From NCBI GenBank assembly GCA_951406725.2, contig OX597825.1:46872001-46936000 (forward strand): a stretch of DNA of 64,000 bases. The letters are read 5' to 3'. Position numbers and translations under genes: made by a program. Every line of letters starts with the position of its first letter. Position 1 is the first letter of the stretch. Source of the DNA: Octopus vulgaris. Its lineage: Eukaryota. This document shows positions 38,168-50,745 of this stretch, one piece after another. A model generated the notes under the pieces. That model had not been told where the DNA came from, ran no database searches, and saw only the letters and a list, made by a program, of their open reading frames with translations.

Positions 38168-39771
38168 GAGGCTGTAACTGAGGGAGAAAATGTAACTATT
38201 CTTTGGGACTTCCCAGTATGTACAGACCCGACAATCAAAGAAAATAAGCCGGATATTGTTGTGAAAGACTAAAACACTAAAGTCTGTTTATTGATTGACA
38301 TGAGCATACCCTGTGACCATAATATCTCAGCAAAAGAATTTGATAAGCTCAGAAAATATAAAGATTTGCTTATCGAAATCGAAGTGTAGTAGTCACATCA
38401 ATATGGAATTTGGGATCACTAATTGCTCAGTACTTAATATGAAAAGATGGAAGAAAGCAGCCTGCAGAGGATTCAGGTTACCATCAGAAGAGACCACGGG
38501 TGAACCAGACGGTAGTGAGTGTAGATATTTAGGGATTTTGGAGATGGATAGCGAGGCGTATGAAAAAAGGGTGAAGATCGTGGTGAAATCCAACCTGAAT
38601 GCCAAAATTTTGATTACTGCAATGAATATCTGGGCAGTTGCGGTGGTCCGATATAGTGCATCCGGTATCAACACTGGATAGAAGGACGAGAAAGTTGATG
38701 ACGCTTCATGGGCCGTTACACCCTAAAGAAAACGTAAACAGACTATATATGAAAAGAAAGAATGGTGGCAGAGGACTAATTAGTATAGACCATTGTATAA
38801 GGAGTGAAAGGAGAACGCTTACCGAGTATGTGATAAATAGACCTGCTGCAATATGCCGCGAAAGATATGGGTGCAAGTGCAGATGAAATGAGGGCAGGGA
38901 TGAGTTTAACCAAAAAGCCGAGGAAAAGACAAAAGAAGACCTTGAAATGAGAATGCATGACCAATTTGAAAGGAACACACAAGACGTTAAGGATAATACA
39001 GTATCGTGGGCATGGCTTGAGCGTGCTGATTTGAAGCGTACCACAGAGAGCCTGATCATTGCTGCAGAAGACAAGGCTCTCGCTACCTATTCAGTGAAGT
39101 ATAACATCTATAAAAATTCTGATACCCAGAAATGCAAACTTTGTGGGAAGCGTGTGGAAAATGTGACCCACTTGGTAAGTGGATATGAGAGCCTTGCACG
39201 AAAAGGATACAAGAGCCGCCACGATAAAGTATGTGTATATCCTCATGGCTCTTATGCCGTAAATACCAATATGAAGTAACAGATAACTGATATGAGCATG
39301 TACCAAGCAAAGTTATGCAGGAAGAAGGAAAAATAACGATACTCTGGGACTATGATTTTCAGACGGATCGTGTAAACGAACAAAAACTGTCGGCTAGATA
39401 TTGTCATATTGAATAAGAGTGACAAATACTGTCAGATCATTGATGTAGTCATACCAAATGACATGAATGCTGTGAGTAAAGAGGTTGAAAAAATCACCAA
39501 GTACTCCGAATTGAAAGTGGAAATGGTAAGACTATATGAAATGCGAGAGGGTAATGTAAAAGAGGTGATCGTGGCGTTGGGCTCAATCCCATTGAAACTT
39601 TAAGACTTCTTAAAGCAACTGGAAATCCCATGCAAGATTGATGTCTTGCAAAAAGCAGCCTTTTTGGGCACAGCACACATCTTAAGGAAAGTACTATGTT
39701 TGAGGTCCTTGTTGTGACTTGACAGATGACTAAAGACTCAGGTGCATTTTTACCTATACTGTGTTACGAAG

Positions 39772-39772
<1 letters not shown>
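38168..39772 (+). mobile_element. Two adjacent degenerate R4/Dong-like 3' fragments
   Basis: ILWDFPVCTD...KPDIVVKD (38200-38390), then RT thumb, RLYMKRKNGGRGL, CKLCGKRVENVTHLVSG, IIDVVIPND. Confidence 0.8.
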
Positions 39773-39840
<68 letters not shown>

Positions 39841-39857
39841 TAATAATAATAATAATA

Positions 39858-39910
<53 letters not shown>

Positions 39911-39929
39911 AATAATAATAATAATAATA

Positions 39930-41905
39930 ATAGGGAGACATACAGGGAAGTGATTCCTGACACGGAAAAAAGAGAATGAATTTTGGGGAGGGCTGTGGAA
40001 GAGGTCGGTGAGACATAAATAAAGGGCGGAGTAGCTAACAAAGGTGGAAAGACAACTTGCAACTGTACCAAGTCAAATGGATGTCAGAATTAATCTATAT
40101 ACAGTGAGACAGAAGTTAAAAAAATAGCAAATTGGAAAGGGGCTAGACCCAGATGGAGCACAAGGCTATTAGTTGAAGAACTTTACACAGTTGCATGAAG
40201 GGATAGCTGTGCAGCTGGATGACTGCCTGCAGCTAGATCACGTCCTTGCCTTGATGACAAGTGGACGAACGCTACTATTCCTCAATGAACCATTGAAAGG
40301 GAACTTGGAATCAAATTGTCGACCTATAACCTGCTTACCACTTATATGAAAACTTACGATCGTGTACTGACGGAAGAGATATGCAACCATCTGGAAAGTA
40401 GCAATCTACGTCCAGAAGAACAGAAAGGAGTACAGGCAACAAAGTAAGGCAACAAAAGATCACTTATTAATTGATGAAATGATTATTAGAAATTGTAGAC
40501 GCAGACTGACGGGACTGAATGTAGCATGGCTAGATTACAAGAAAGTATATGGTATGGTACCACACAGTTGGCTAAGTAAAACAAAGAAGATGTTTGCATT
40601 AGCAAAAACATGGATAAAATGCTCATCGAAAGTAGTATGAAACATTGGTATCTTGAGTTGATCGGAGGAAAATAAAAACTCGGAGAAGTGAACATCAGAC
40701 GTGTAACATTCCCAGGTGATAGCTTATCTCCATTAGTATTCACTTTAGCCACGACACCGCTCACATGATACTACGAAAAGTTAAAATTGCTTACGATTTG
40801 GGAAAAAGGAAATGATCAGATAAATCATCCCCTTTTCATATATGATATAAACGTTTATGCGAAAAATAAGAAAAGGCTTAAAAGTATTGTACATAGTATC
40901 CGCATTTTGTCAAATAACGTAGGTATAGAATTTGGAATAGAAAAGTGCGCTACATTGAAAATGAAATGCAGAAGATTTGAAAGAAGCTAGAGAATTACAA
41001 TGCCAAATGGGCAATGAGAACGATTGAGAAAGAACTGTGGTATAAGCACTTGAGAATACTGCGCGTCGACGAAATAAAAATGAGGAAATGAAACAATTGA
41101 CCGGTAGGTTGCAGTCAAAGCTGAATTCCAAAAGTCTAATAGAAGCAATAAATTTAAGAGCAGCACTCTTAATCAGATATGGAGCTGGAATTATAGACTG
41201 GACCAAAAACGATATAAAGAAACATGACAGTAAAAGGCATAATAGCAGTAGAAGAATGTGTACAAATAGAAAGAAAAAACCTAGTAGAGTATTTACAGAG
41301 CAGCACAGAAAAACCGTTAAAGACAGGTGATCAAGGGCGTAATAGAAAAAAAAAAGGACAAGATGAAAATACAATGAGTGCACGTCAGACAGATTGAAGA
41401 GAAACTCCCGCATGGCCAATTTTGGAGAGCTACTGAAGACGTATATGGAACAAAACCCTTGGCTTGGTTAAAAAGTAGCAATTAAAAAAAAGAAACAAAC
41501 AGTCTAATTGTAGCAGCCCGAGATAAAGCGATAAAAACAAACAACTTGAGAAAATATATATGGAGAGAATGTGTCCGAAAAATGTAGAATTTTGAACGAA
41601 ACAGTGGCACAAATTGTGGGAGAATGCCCCAAGTTGGCGCAGGAAGAATATAAGAAATGGAGGCACGACCAGGTTGTAAAGGTTTTACGCTAGAAACTGT
41701 GCCAGAAATGGGGATTTAAATTCGGAAACACTTGGTACAATCATCGAGTCGAAAAAGTACTGGAGTCGGAGAAATGTAAGATTTTGTTGGATTTTTCCAT
41801 TCAAACAGACAAGAAGTTAGAAAATAATAGACCAGACACATCAATTATTGATAAGGAAATGCGAAGTTACCGATTGTTCCATGTCCATTTGATTTGTGGA
41901 TATTT
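39930..41905 (+). mobile_element. Highly degenerate R4/Dong-like LINE
   Basis: NWKGARPDG, CRPITCLP, FPGDSLSPL, GIEFGIEKCA, ILLDFSIQTD..NRPD with many stops. Confidence 0.78.
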
Positions 41906-42399
41906 AAGGTTACAGGAAGTAACCTGCTTCCCACATAAATCCTACCAGCAATAAGACCGAACCTGAGCTAAACCAAAGTGATAATAATAATGATATAGTT
42001 TCATGATGGGTAAGACAAGCTATATTTATATTTACAACTGCATTTTGGAAGTACTCTTTCAGTGCAAGCGCTGTTTATTATCTCAACATGACATGCAGTT
42101 GAAATCATGAAAGTTATTGATGCTATAAATCGATAAGTAATACTGTATGTCAATTTATGAAAGACTTTATGGAAACTGGCTGGTATGTTTGAGAAGTTTG
42201 GAATATTCTAGCGAAAGTAACTAAAATATAAAATGTGAACGAAATATCACATACTTTATAGAACCATTTTTATATAAATGAATAATTCTGTAGAATTCTA
42301 TTATTTCTGTTTTCATAAAACTAGACAAGTCAGTGAAAAGTTTTTGAAAGCATATGATTAATGGGGTGGGATGAAACAAACATGTAGGGCAGCAAAGCA

Positions 42400-42785
42400 T
42401 CTCTCTCTATATAAACGGCAGTTTGTCTGTGTGTGTTTCTGTGTGTCTGTTTGGTTGTACCCTCACCCTGACCACGGCTTTCAACCGATTCTGATGAAAC
42501 TTGACACACACATAGCCCAATGTCATAATTCAAAACTAACGCAGCGAAAATTTTGAAAAGTTCCCCCAGTTCTGAAAAAAATCGATAAATTCGACATGGG
42601 GTCGAGAATCAGAAACACAAACCACAGACTGTCTAGGGGATGCAACTCGACCTTTTTTAACTCTCAAAAAAAAATTTACCATAATTGTTTTTCCATTTTT
42701 TTGCTATTTTTTGGCTATAACTCTCTAAAAATGCTTTATAATTATTTCCCTTACAAACCTGAGCAACGCCGGGCGATACTGCTAG
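42400..42785 (+). mobile_element. Non-autonomous Helitron
   Basis: A|TC...tctatataaa start, gagcaacgccgggc subterminal hairpin, CTAG|T end. Confidence 0.8.
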
Positions 42786-43119
42786 TTAATACTAAATGGG
42801 AGAAGAAAAGAGAATATGGGAGATGATACGGTTGAATCATAAGCACAAGATCTCATTTCTTGAAGAGAATGATTTCTATCATTCAAGTAAAGCATATTGT
42901 TACTACTACTTTGATTCACAAGATTTACTCGTATCTCTGCTGATCATCACTTTATATTACATAGATCTCCGAGTCTTAAATTAATTACTTTCGCCTGTCC
43001 TTCCAACCCCAAACATAATCTATCGGAAATTCTTCTTCTCCGCCTGTATTTTTTCGGTTGTTTAAGAATATCAGTTGCGTTGAATTATTCTCAGCGATCT
43101 GAGAAGGAGGTTGTACTTA

Positions 43120-43440
43120 TATTCCAGAGATTGCTCTAGAAAAAAAAGAAAAGAAAAGAACTATTTTGTAGCTTAGGAGAGACATATAGAAGAAGGATAG
43201 TGAACGACGTGCTAGCAGCAAGAATGGCTCTTGACCATTTCTTCGACGTGAAATACAAAAGTTGCTTGCGCTGAAATGTGAAGGTTGAAAAGCCGTTGTG
43301 TGGGCCCGGGTGGCGGAGGTACAGCACACCAACAAATCTAGAATTCGGCCTGTGACGGACGGTTATGGCCGTGTGCTCTCCAATGCCAAACAAATGAGCG
43401 CACTGTTTCGGCAGCACTTCACCGACCTCTTTTCGAGTAG
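43120..43440 (+). mobile_element. L1/Tx1-like ORF2 fragment (EN-RT linker region)
   Basis: Manual translation ARVAEVQHTNKSRIRPVTDGYGRVLSNAKQMSALFRQHFTDLF. Confidence 0.5.
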
Positions 43441-44170
43441 TGGTATACTTGAGACAACAACCGCTGCTTGACAATCGGTGTTGGCTTGTTTACGTCCTTA
43501 TTACCTAGTGGTTCTGAAAAGGTGACAAATAACCGTCTTGCCTCTGCCCCTAAATCTGCTGGCGTTGTGCCAAAATTTGGAACTGTTAATATTATTATCA
43601 TCATCGGAAAGATGCGCATCTCATTGCTCGTAAGTTAGTTCGTCTGTTGATATGTTTAAGTGTCAATTAGCGTTGTAATTTTGTTACATATAATTTGTTA
43701 TAGACCACTAGAACACATGCAGTTGGATAGTGTGTTTGCTTTTTACCCCTTTGGGGCGCAAATTTGAAAAGAAAATTTCAAGATTATATTTTATAAAAGT
43801 AATTTTAAAAAATTGTTGGCTTCCACAGGCAGTGAATTAGGAAAAGAGATGAGTTATAACGCCAGTAGAGAGTTGTAGCATGTTTGAAAATCCTTCACCT
43901 TCATCCTGTACGCGGAAGGGAAGCGCAACTATTCTAAGACTGAAAGTCCGCACAACTGCACCACTGCTGATACGGCAAACAACAGCTACAACTGCAACAA
44001 CATAAGACAAAATAACCACGACTGCAGCAATGTAAATGAAGATGACATTCAGCTCGAGGAAGGGCAGGAGAAACTTTTAGGCTTCACAGTTAAAAATTCA
44101 AGTGTTATAGCAGAAAACGGGAATAGCAGTAAAAACAACAATGCCAAAAACAACCACAGCACCATTAACA

Positions 44171-45343
44171 AAAGTAATCACAGCAGCAGTGAGGGCAGTT
44201 GCATCAGCATTGTGGAAGCATCTGTAGAAACCTCGACAGAGACAGAAAAATTAAAGGAGGTAGTTGTGTCAGCAAGAGCAGCAGCAGTGGGAGCCGTGGC
44301 AACAGCAATAAGAGCCGTGGAAACAGCAGTAACAATAACATTACTCGTAATAGTAGTAGAGCTTTCACTGGAGTGATTGCCGTAAATGAGCTTCATACTA
44401 TATATTCCGGGATGATAAATGCTCAAAATGAGCGAATGCAGCTAGATTTAGGAAAATTGAGAGAAGAAAAGGCAAAGTTTGTCCTTTCCTAAAATTCTAG
44501 CTGCAACGGCCAGAAAAAAACTGTTAGACTAAGATGCATTAGTGTTAAAACTCGGCAACTAGAGACGTTCCAAAAACAAAAATAGAAAGACGCTCCACGA
44601 TGTATGGTAGGATATCGAGAACAAAGCAGTAGGGTTGAGGTCTTATTTAAGACCGAAGACCTCGAACTACAGCAATCAGTAGTCACCCGCTACAGTGAGG
44701 ATTTCGTTCTCTTCTTTACTTATTTGGAAAGAAGAGTGATAACAATCACAATAGCAAGGTCCCACCCAAGGTAAATCTCTGGTGGATCGGGGCCTGTGAA
44801 GTGCCAAAGGAGAGTGATATCCTCTTAGACATTAAGAGAACGAGGCGGGAAAACTGGATTAGGACCCCGCTGGAGTTCCTTCTCCAAGTAAAGCCTGACC
44901 AGTATAGCCTGATCGTGGAGCGTCTTTTCTATTTTTGTTTTTGGAACGTCTCTAGTTGCCGAGTTTTAACACTAATGCATCTTAGTCTAACAGTTTTTTT
45001 CTGGCCGTTGCAGCTAGAATTTTAGGAAAGGACAAACTTTGCCTTTTCTTCTCTCAATTTTCCTAAATCTAGCTGCATCCGCTCATTTTGAGCATTTATC
45101 ATCCCGGAATATATAGTATGAAGCTCATTTACGGCAATCACTCCAGTGAAAGCTCTACTACTATTACGAGTAATGTTATTGTTACTGCTGTTTCCACGGC
45201 TCTTATTGCTGTTGCCACGGCTCCCACTGCTGCTGCTCTTGCTGACACAACTACCTCCTTTAATTTTTCTGTCTCTGTCGAGGTTTCTACAGATGCTTCC
45301 ACAATGCTGATGCAACTGCCCTCACTGCTGCTGTGATTACTTT
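44171..45343. repeat. Inverted repeat with ~431-bp near-identical arms (44171-44601, 44912-45343) and a 310-bp spacer, within a degenerate gag/ORF1-like sequence
   Basis: Identical mirrored ORFs 44199..44492+ and 45022..45315-; spacer encodes VEVLFKTED...FVLFFTYLERRVITITIA. Confidence 0.92.
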
Positions 45344-45344
45344 G

Positions 45345-45600
45345 CAAAAGGCTATAAAAGAACCATGCTAAGAACATCACTGTAAGAGCATATTCAAAAT
45401 GAGAATATTCGAGAACGGAGAGGTATGGACGATATGCTCACAGAAGAAGGAAGCTCAAGTTCCACTGGGCCGAACATGATGCAGTTGTCGAGTAGTATCC
45501 AAGAGATCAAAAATGGTTATTTGGAAGGCCTCCACGTTGGCGGGAAGATGAGTTAGTAAAGCGATTTGGAAAAGAATGGCGCAATCAACAAAGATTTCGA
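45345..45600 (+). mobile_element. RTE LINE 3' remnant
   Basis: EHIQNENIRERRG, KLKFHWAEH, YPRDQKWLFGRPPRWRED. Confidence 0.65.
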
Positions 45601-46469
45601 GGTGTGCTTTTACCAGCGATGTATTACGATATTTTGTAATGACCATAGGGTCATTACAAATTTTTATATTTTATATTTTATATTTTTGATCAGCATAGGC
45701 AAAAAGCAGTAATTTTTTATTATTATTCTCATAACTGAATAGATATATATATAGACATCTTACACAAAAAACAGGTCTATCGACACCCACCAGACACGCA
45801 TACACACACGCACGCGAGCGCACGTTATCGTTTCGTGAACAGCGTTAAACTTTAAAAATCTGAGAATTAATAAACAATAATCCCAGCATCACAACAAATA
45901 TTTACACCCTACATTTGTATTGAGTACTTGTTTTCTTCCCGTATCACCACCATCCTTTTTCACTCATCTCCATATGAAGATAATATTTTCAGATATCCAA
46001 ACGCTTAACATAGCAGAAATATGTAAAAAGACGAAAAATGAAGAAAACTATTGTACATGTAATTCACTCTTCCTAAATTTACATAAAATAACGTTTGCAT
46101 ACAAATTGAGTGACAAATTAATTGAAAGTACGAAAAGCTGGGACTTTTTAGAGTATGATTATCTAAATGTTTTAACTGTTTTTGAAAAATGTAATTTTTT
46201 TGTTTTGCTTTTCTTTGAGAATATTTGCATCGCTATTAATATATACATCACATATATAACATATTTAAGTTGTCAGACACAACTGGAAGTAATTAAGTCG
46301 GTACATGGAATTTCAATTAGCTTTCTACCAATATGAAGAATTGAATGCTAATTATATGGTTATTATTTAGCATACAAAATACGAGTAATTAAAACATGCT
46401 TATAGACAATTATTGCTTCTTTCTTATGGTCAAAGGAAATTTTGAAACATTTTCTTTTATTCTTTTACT

Positions 46470-46920
46470 TGAGTTCAAATTTCGCCGAAGTCGACTTTGC
46501 CTTTCATCCTTTCAGGGTCGATAAATCAAGTACCAGGTGAGTGCTGGAATCAATCTAATCGACTGGCCTCCTCCCTCAAAGTTCCAGGCCTTTTACCTAG
46601 AGGAGAAAACATTCTTTTACTTGTTTCAGTCATTTGACTGCGGCAATGCTGGAGCACCACCTTTGGTCGAGCGAATTGACCCCAGAAGTTATTCTTTGTA
46701 AGCCTAGTACTTATTTAATCGTAATCTTTTGCTGAACAGTTCAGTTACGGGGACGTAAACGCCCTAGCATCGGTTGTCAAGTGATGTTGGGGGTGGGGTG
46801 GGTCAAACACAGACACAAACATACACTCACACAGATACACACATATATATATAGTAGAAAACACCTGCCGAAGGTTCCACGCAGTGGACTGAACCCGGAA
46901 CCATGTGGTTGACAAGCAAG
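46470..46920. mobile_element. SINE B fragment (+) followed by SINE A (-); a matching SINE A head piece lies at 48955-48994
   Basis: gagttcaaatttcgccgaagtcgactttgcc at 46471; SINE A body 46612-46920 ends at ccatgtggttgacaagcaag; ctacttaccacacagccactcct at ~48972. Confidence 0.78.
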
Positions 46921-47049
46921 GTACTTTTCATTAAGATTTGCCATAAACGCATTACAAAGAGTAGCTTGCGGACTGGACATATACATTGATGAGGTGAATG
47001 ATGAAACAAGGATGATAATGATAACGGAAGGCAGAAAACACCCGCCGAT

Positions 47050-48935
47050 TTTCTGCTTCTCTAAAACATTGTTCTTTTTTTTTCATCAAAAACGACAATT
47101 ATTGGACTTAATAGTCCATTATAAATATATATAATAAATTATTCAATATACACACAATCTAAAAGATCAATCCTCCTCATTGGAGCCCCCAAGCAAATTA
47201 CGCGCCGCCTGCAGGAAACCCTGCATCGGCAGATCGGGCCCCGGAAAGAGGAAAGCAAAATCTTCCGTATTACAGGTGACCATGACCTCGCACAACTCCT
47301 TCTGATTCACGACGTCCGCAGCCACCTGCGGAGGCCAGTCTGGACAGTCTATACAAACCGAGTTCAATCGTTCTCGGCCTGGAAGACCGTCCAAGCACTT
47401 CTCGACAGGCCCTTCACTGAGATAGAAAACGACGGGTTTCACGTCCTTCTCACGGGGAGGGGCCTCAGCCCGCTCTGTCAGTGGCACAATTACCACTGAC
47501 AGAGCCTCTCGCTCCGGTGGCACACCTTCCATCGGAGGAGAATCGGGTTCAGTCGGCGGCACAGTGATATCCGCCGACCGTCTCCCGTTTCTCTTCCTTC
47601 TCTTTTTCCTTCTTATGGGTGCGGGAGTCGGAGCCTCCACCAGCACACCCGTGGAGGTTTCCTCCTCCTCTCCCAGAACCTGCGCGTCTGTTGGTGAGCA
47701 ACCATTGTTGCTCACCTTTCTTTTCCTTCTCGTTGAGGCCTATGCCTCAACGACTTCCGCCGTTTCTCCCTGCAATGGGAGAGCGGAGGACACCTTCACC
47801 TTTCCCTGCTCCGGGACCTTACTACGGCCCCAGGGGCAGTCCTTCTTAATGTGGCCTGATTCCAGGTACGAGTGACACTTGGGGGGGGACCCTCAAATAT
47901 CATTGGATACCTTGAGCCATCCATTTTTAAAAAGTCCGGGAAAATCATTTCACTTGCGGGCACTGGGGTTCAGAGGGTCAAAGTTGCCTTTGCACCCTCC
48001 CAGTCGACCGCAGGCTTTATCTCTATATTTAAAAGCCTGGGCCCGCTATCCCCCAGGCCCCGCCGGATGGCATCTGCAATCCAACTCGCTTCGGTGCCCG
48101 GGGGAAGACCACATACCCAGGCCCTTATCACCTTCTTCCTACGATATGTGGGAAGAAACAAAATCTCCTCCCCTTCCAGGGGCTGACCTGCCACAGTGCA
48201 AGCCTCCTCAGGAGTGTCGAAAAGCAGCCACACCGTGGAGTATTTGATACCCTTGGTTACGTAATAATTTTGCCAGCTCTTTATTAATAATACCCTTGTC
48301 GAAGAGGGCGAGGGCGTCACGCGACCTAGAATAGGTCCGTCGTACCACCGTCCTTCTCTCAAGGCTTTCAATCCATTGCTTAGGTGGTACCACCTCCCAT
48401 TCTAAGGCACTTTTTGCATTTGCCATGTTAAAAATCAATTCAAAAGAAGAAGGAAGGTCTTAATAAATTAACAAGTCCAAAAAGGAATAAACAAATCAGT
48501 TCAAAAAATGAAAAAAATAAAATTCACAAGAAACGCAAAAACAGCTCCAAAAAGAAAGAAAAACACGGAAGGATAGAGAAAAGAAAAACAGTTCACACAG
48601 CAAACATCAATGGCCAACAGGTACTCCCGGCCAACTTCGTAGGTTCAATGGTAATCCAACAAGTTTCAATGGTTTGCCATTAAGTTCGGGACTAAGTTTG
48701 CCATTAAGTTTTTTCCCAACAAAACAACAAACAGCAGCCGCTGGCAGGAGGCAGAATTGCCTCGGAGCTGGGTGAAATTTATCAACAAACAAACAGCTAC
48801 TATTTGACAAATTACACCCAGCTCAAACGAAAACAAAACCACCTTCCTCGACGAGCTTATGCTGCCGTTGTTCTTTTTTCTTTCAGTTCAATATTGGACG
48901 GAGCCAACACACTCACGTCCACCTCGGTTCACTGT
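47050..48935 (-). mobile_element. L1/Tx1-like 5'UTR + frameshifted ORF1 (RRM-like region, Zn knuckle, basic tail); no ORF2 seen
   Basis: ORFs 48208..48438, 47970..48371, 47167..47715; KCHSYLESGHIKKDCP (CCHC with C>Y) at ~47830-47880; L1-type 5' end gaggtggacgtgagtgtgttggctcc. Confidence 0.7.
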
Positions 48936-49488
48936 AATAAGCAACACCAACACGCATGTGCGGGAAGCTAGCTACTTACCACACAGCCACTCCTAACGAT
49001 CTGAGAAAAAACTAAACTGTTTGCTATAGGTTTTTAAAAGTAATGCATAACTATAATGTAACTTAAATATCATTGTTATATATGATATCGGCAGAGCAGC
49101 TTAGATTACCTACTACACTAATTGCCAATCAGTTTATAGATTGTTAGTTATAGGTGTTCAATTCCATCTTTTAAACATTGAATACATTTGAATATCAAGT
49201 TCCATACAATTTAAAACAGAAATAGAAAAACAATGACATTAATTCTGTAATAATCAACCCTTCATATTTAATAAAACAGAAACTGTTTCAGCATCGAAGC
49301 AAATGAAGTGAATTTAATCAGTTCACTGGTTTCCCTTTCATAAAACTTACTTCTCAAGTTAGAAATTACAGATATATATATATATATATTGGTAAAAACG
49401 GTAAGATAACAAAAGAAAGAGACCTCGATATTATGTAAATAGAGAATTTATCTGTAAATGTAATATGTGACAATTATTCGGTAGCCAA

Positions 49489-49549
49489 GATAAAACTCTG
49501 AGTTTCGGATGCCGAGGTGGAGATCCACGCCACCAGCTCTTCAGTTATC
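49489..49549 (-). ncRNA. Hammerhead ribozyme motif (left arm of palindrome)
   Basis: Reverse complement of 49552-49612. Confidence 0.7.
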
Positions 49550-49551
49550 CG

Positions 49552-49612
49552 GATAACTGAAGAGCTGGTGGCGTGGATCTCCACCTCGGCATCCGAAACT
49601 CAGAGTTTTATC
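49552..49612 (+). ncRNA. Hammerhead ribozyme motif (right arm of palindrome)
   Basis: gataa-CTGAAGA-(irregular GC-rich stem II)-GAAA-ctc-a-gag-TT-ttatc. Confidence 0.7.
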
Positions 49613-49644
49613 TTGGCTACCGAATAATTGTCACATATTACATT

Positions 49645-49699
<55 letters not shown>

Positions 49700-49839
49700 T
49701 TCCTATGAATTTCTGTTGTAGCGATTAAACCGACGGCTGAAATAAATGAAAACTCCTCAGAGCTACTTAGGCTTTGGTGTTCCAGCGTTGGGCGACACTT
49801 GAGGCAAACTACTCTAGCACGCAACACGATTGGTCAGCG

Positions 49840-50745
49840 GCCACTCTTAGTGAATCGTTCCACCGTAGGTTTACAAGCTGAATGTCCCTGTCGATCGTCT
49901 AATGTAGTTCATCTTGGGACATCTCCTGCATCGTTGCGCCTGGAGGTTTCACTGAAGGAGTTGGTCTGTGAACTTGCTCATCAAAATCTTTACATGTACC
50001 TGGCAACTCAGTGTTTGCAGATGGTAATGGACATTGGTTGTTGATCTGGTGTTCAGATCTCGTTCCTGATAAAGTCGATGCCTAGTATTTTTCAGAGGCA
50101 TCTACTATTCAGTTTTCTTGTCTGGTTTTCGGATATCATGTTTTGCAGACACATAGAAGTGTGGAAAGCTCGTTAGTATTGTATAACTGCGTTTTAGAGT
50201 TTTAGAAATGAGCTCTTACACTTCCAGATTTTACTAAGCTAAATGAATATGACTGGCGCCTTTTCTACTCTGCAGCTAAGCTCTTTCTCTATTTTTCCAT
50301 TGCAGCTGATAGAGTTCCTAAGAAAGGTGAAATTGTCTACCACCTCCACTTTCTTCTAGTCAATGCAAACCTCTGATGGTGGAGTATGTGTCAGTCAGCA
50401 TGCTTTTGATCTTCTTTCGCTGAAAATGTGGAATATTCTTGCTGCTGAAGTGTTGAAAATTCTGCATGGATTCTGATATTGCAGTGGTGTCATATGTCCA
50501 CCATCTTTCAACCCTGTCAGCCACTGAATCCCTTTGATTTGCTTTCCTCAGGACTCAGTCTATGGCCAGTGCGAAAAGGATCGTCGATCAGATACCAGTT
50601 ACTCTATCCATATTTTTTCTTACGCAACACTTTAAATTTGCATAGATTTTCACAATGGCTGTGATGACCGTTGGCGGTACGCCATAAGCCCAAACTATAT
50701 TCCAAAGCATAGGTCTGTGTACGTTATAAAATTCCTTCACAGAGT
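49840..50745 (-). mobile_element. Degenerate RTE-like LINE fragment
   Basis: HRPMLWNIVWAYGVPPTVITAIVKIY, KVEVVDNFTFL. Confidence 0.6.

Larger units (their letters stand above)
49453..49648. repeat. Perfect 196-bp palindrome (98-bp arms, no spacer) between TA runs
   Basis: Axis at 49550/49551 (ttatcc|ggataa); arms match base for base as read. Confidence 0.95.
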
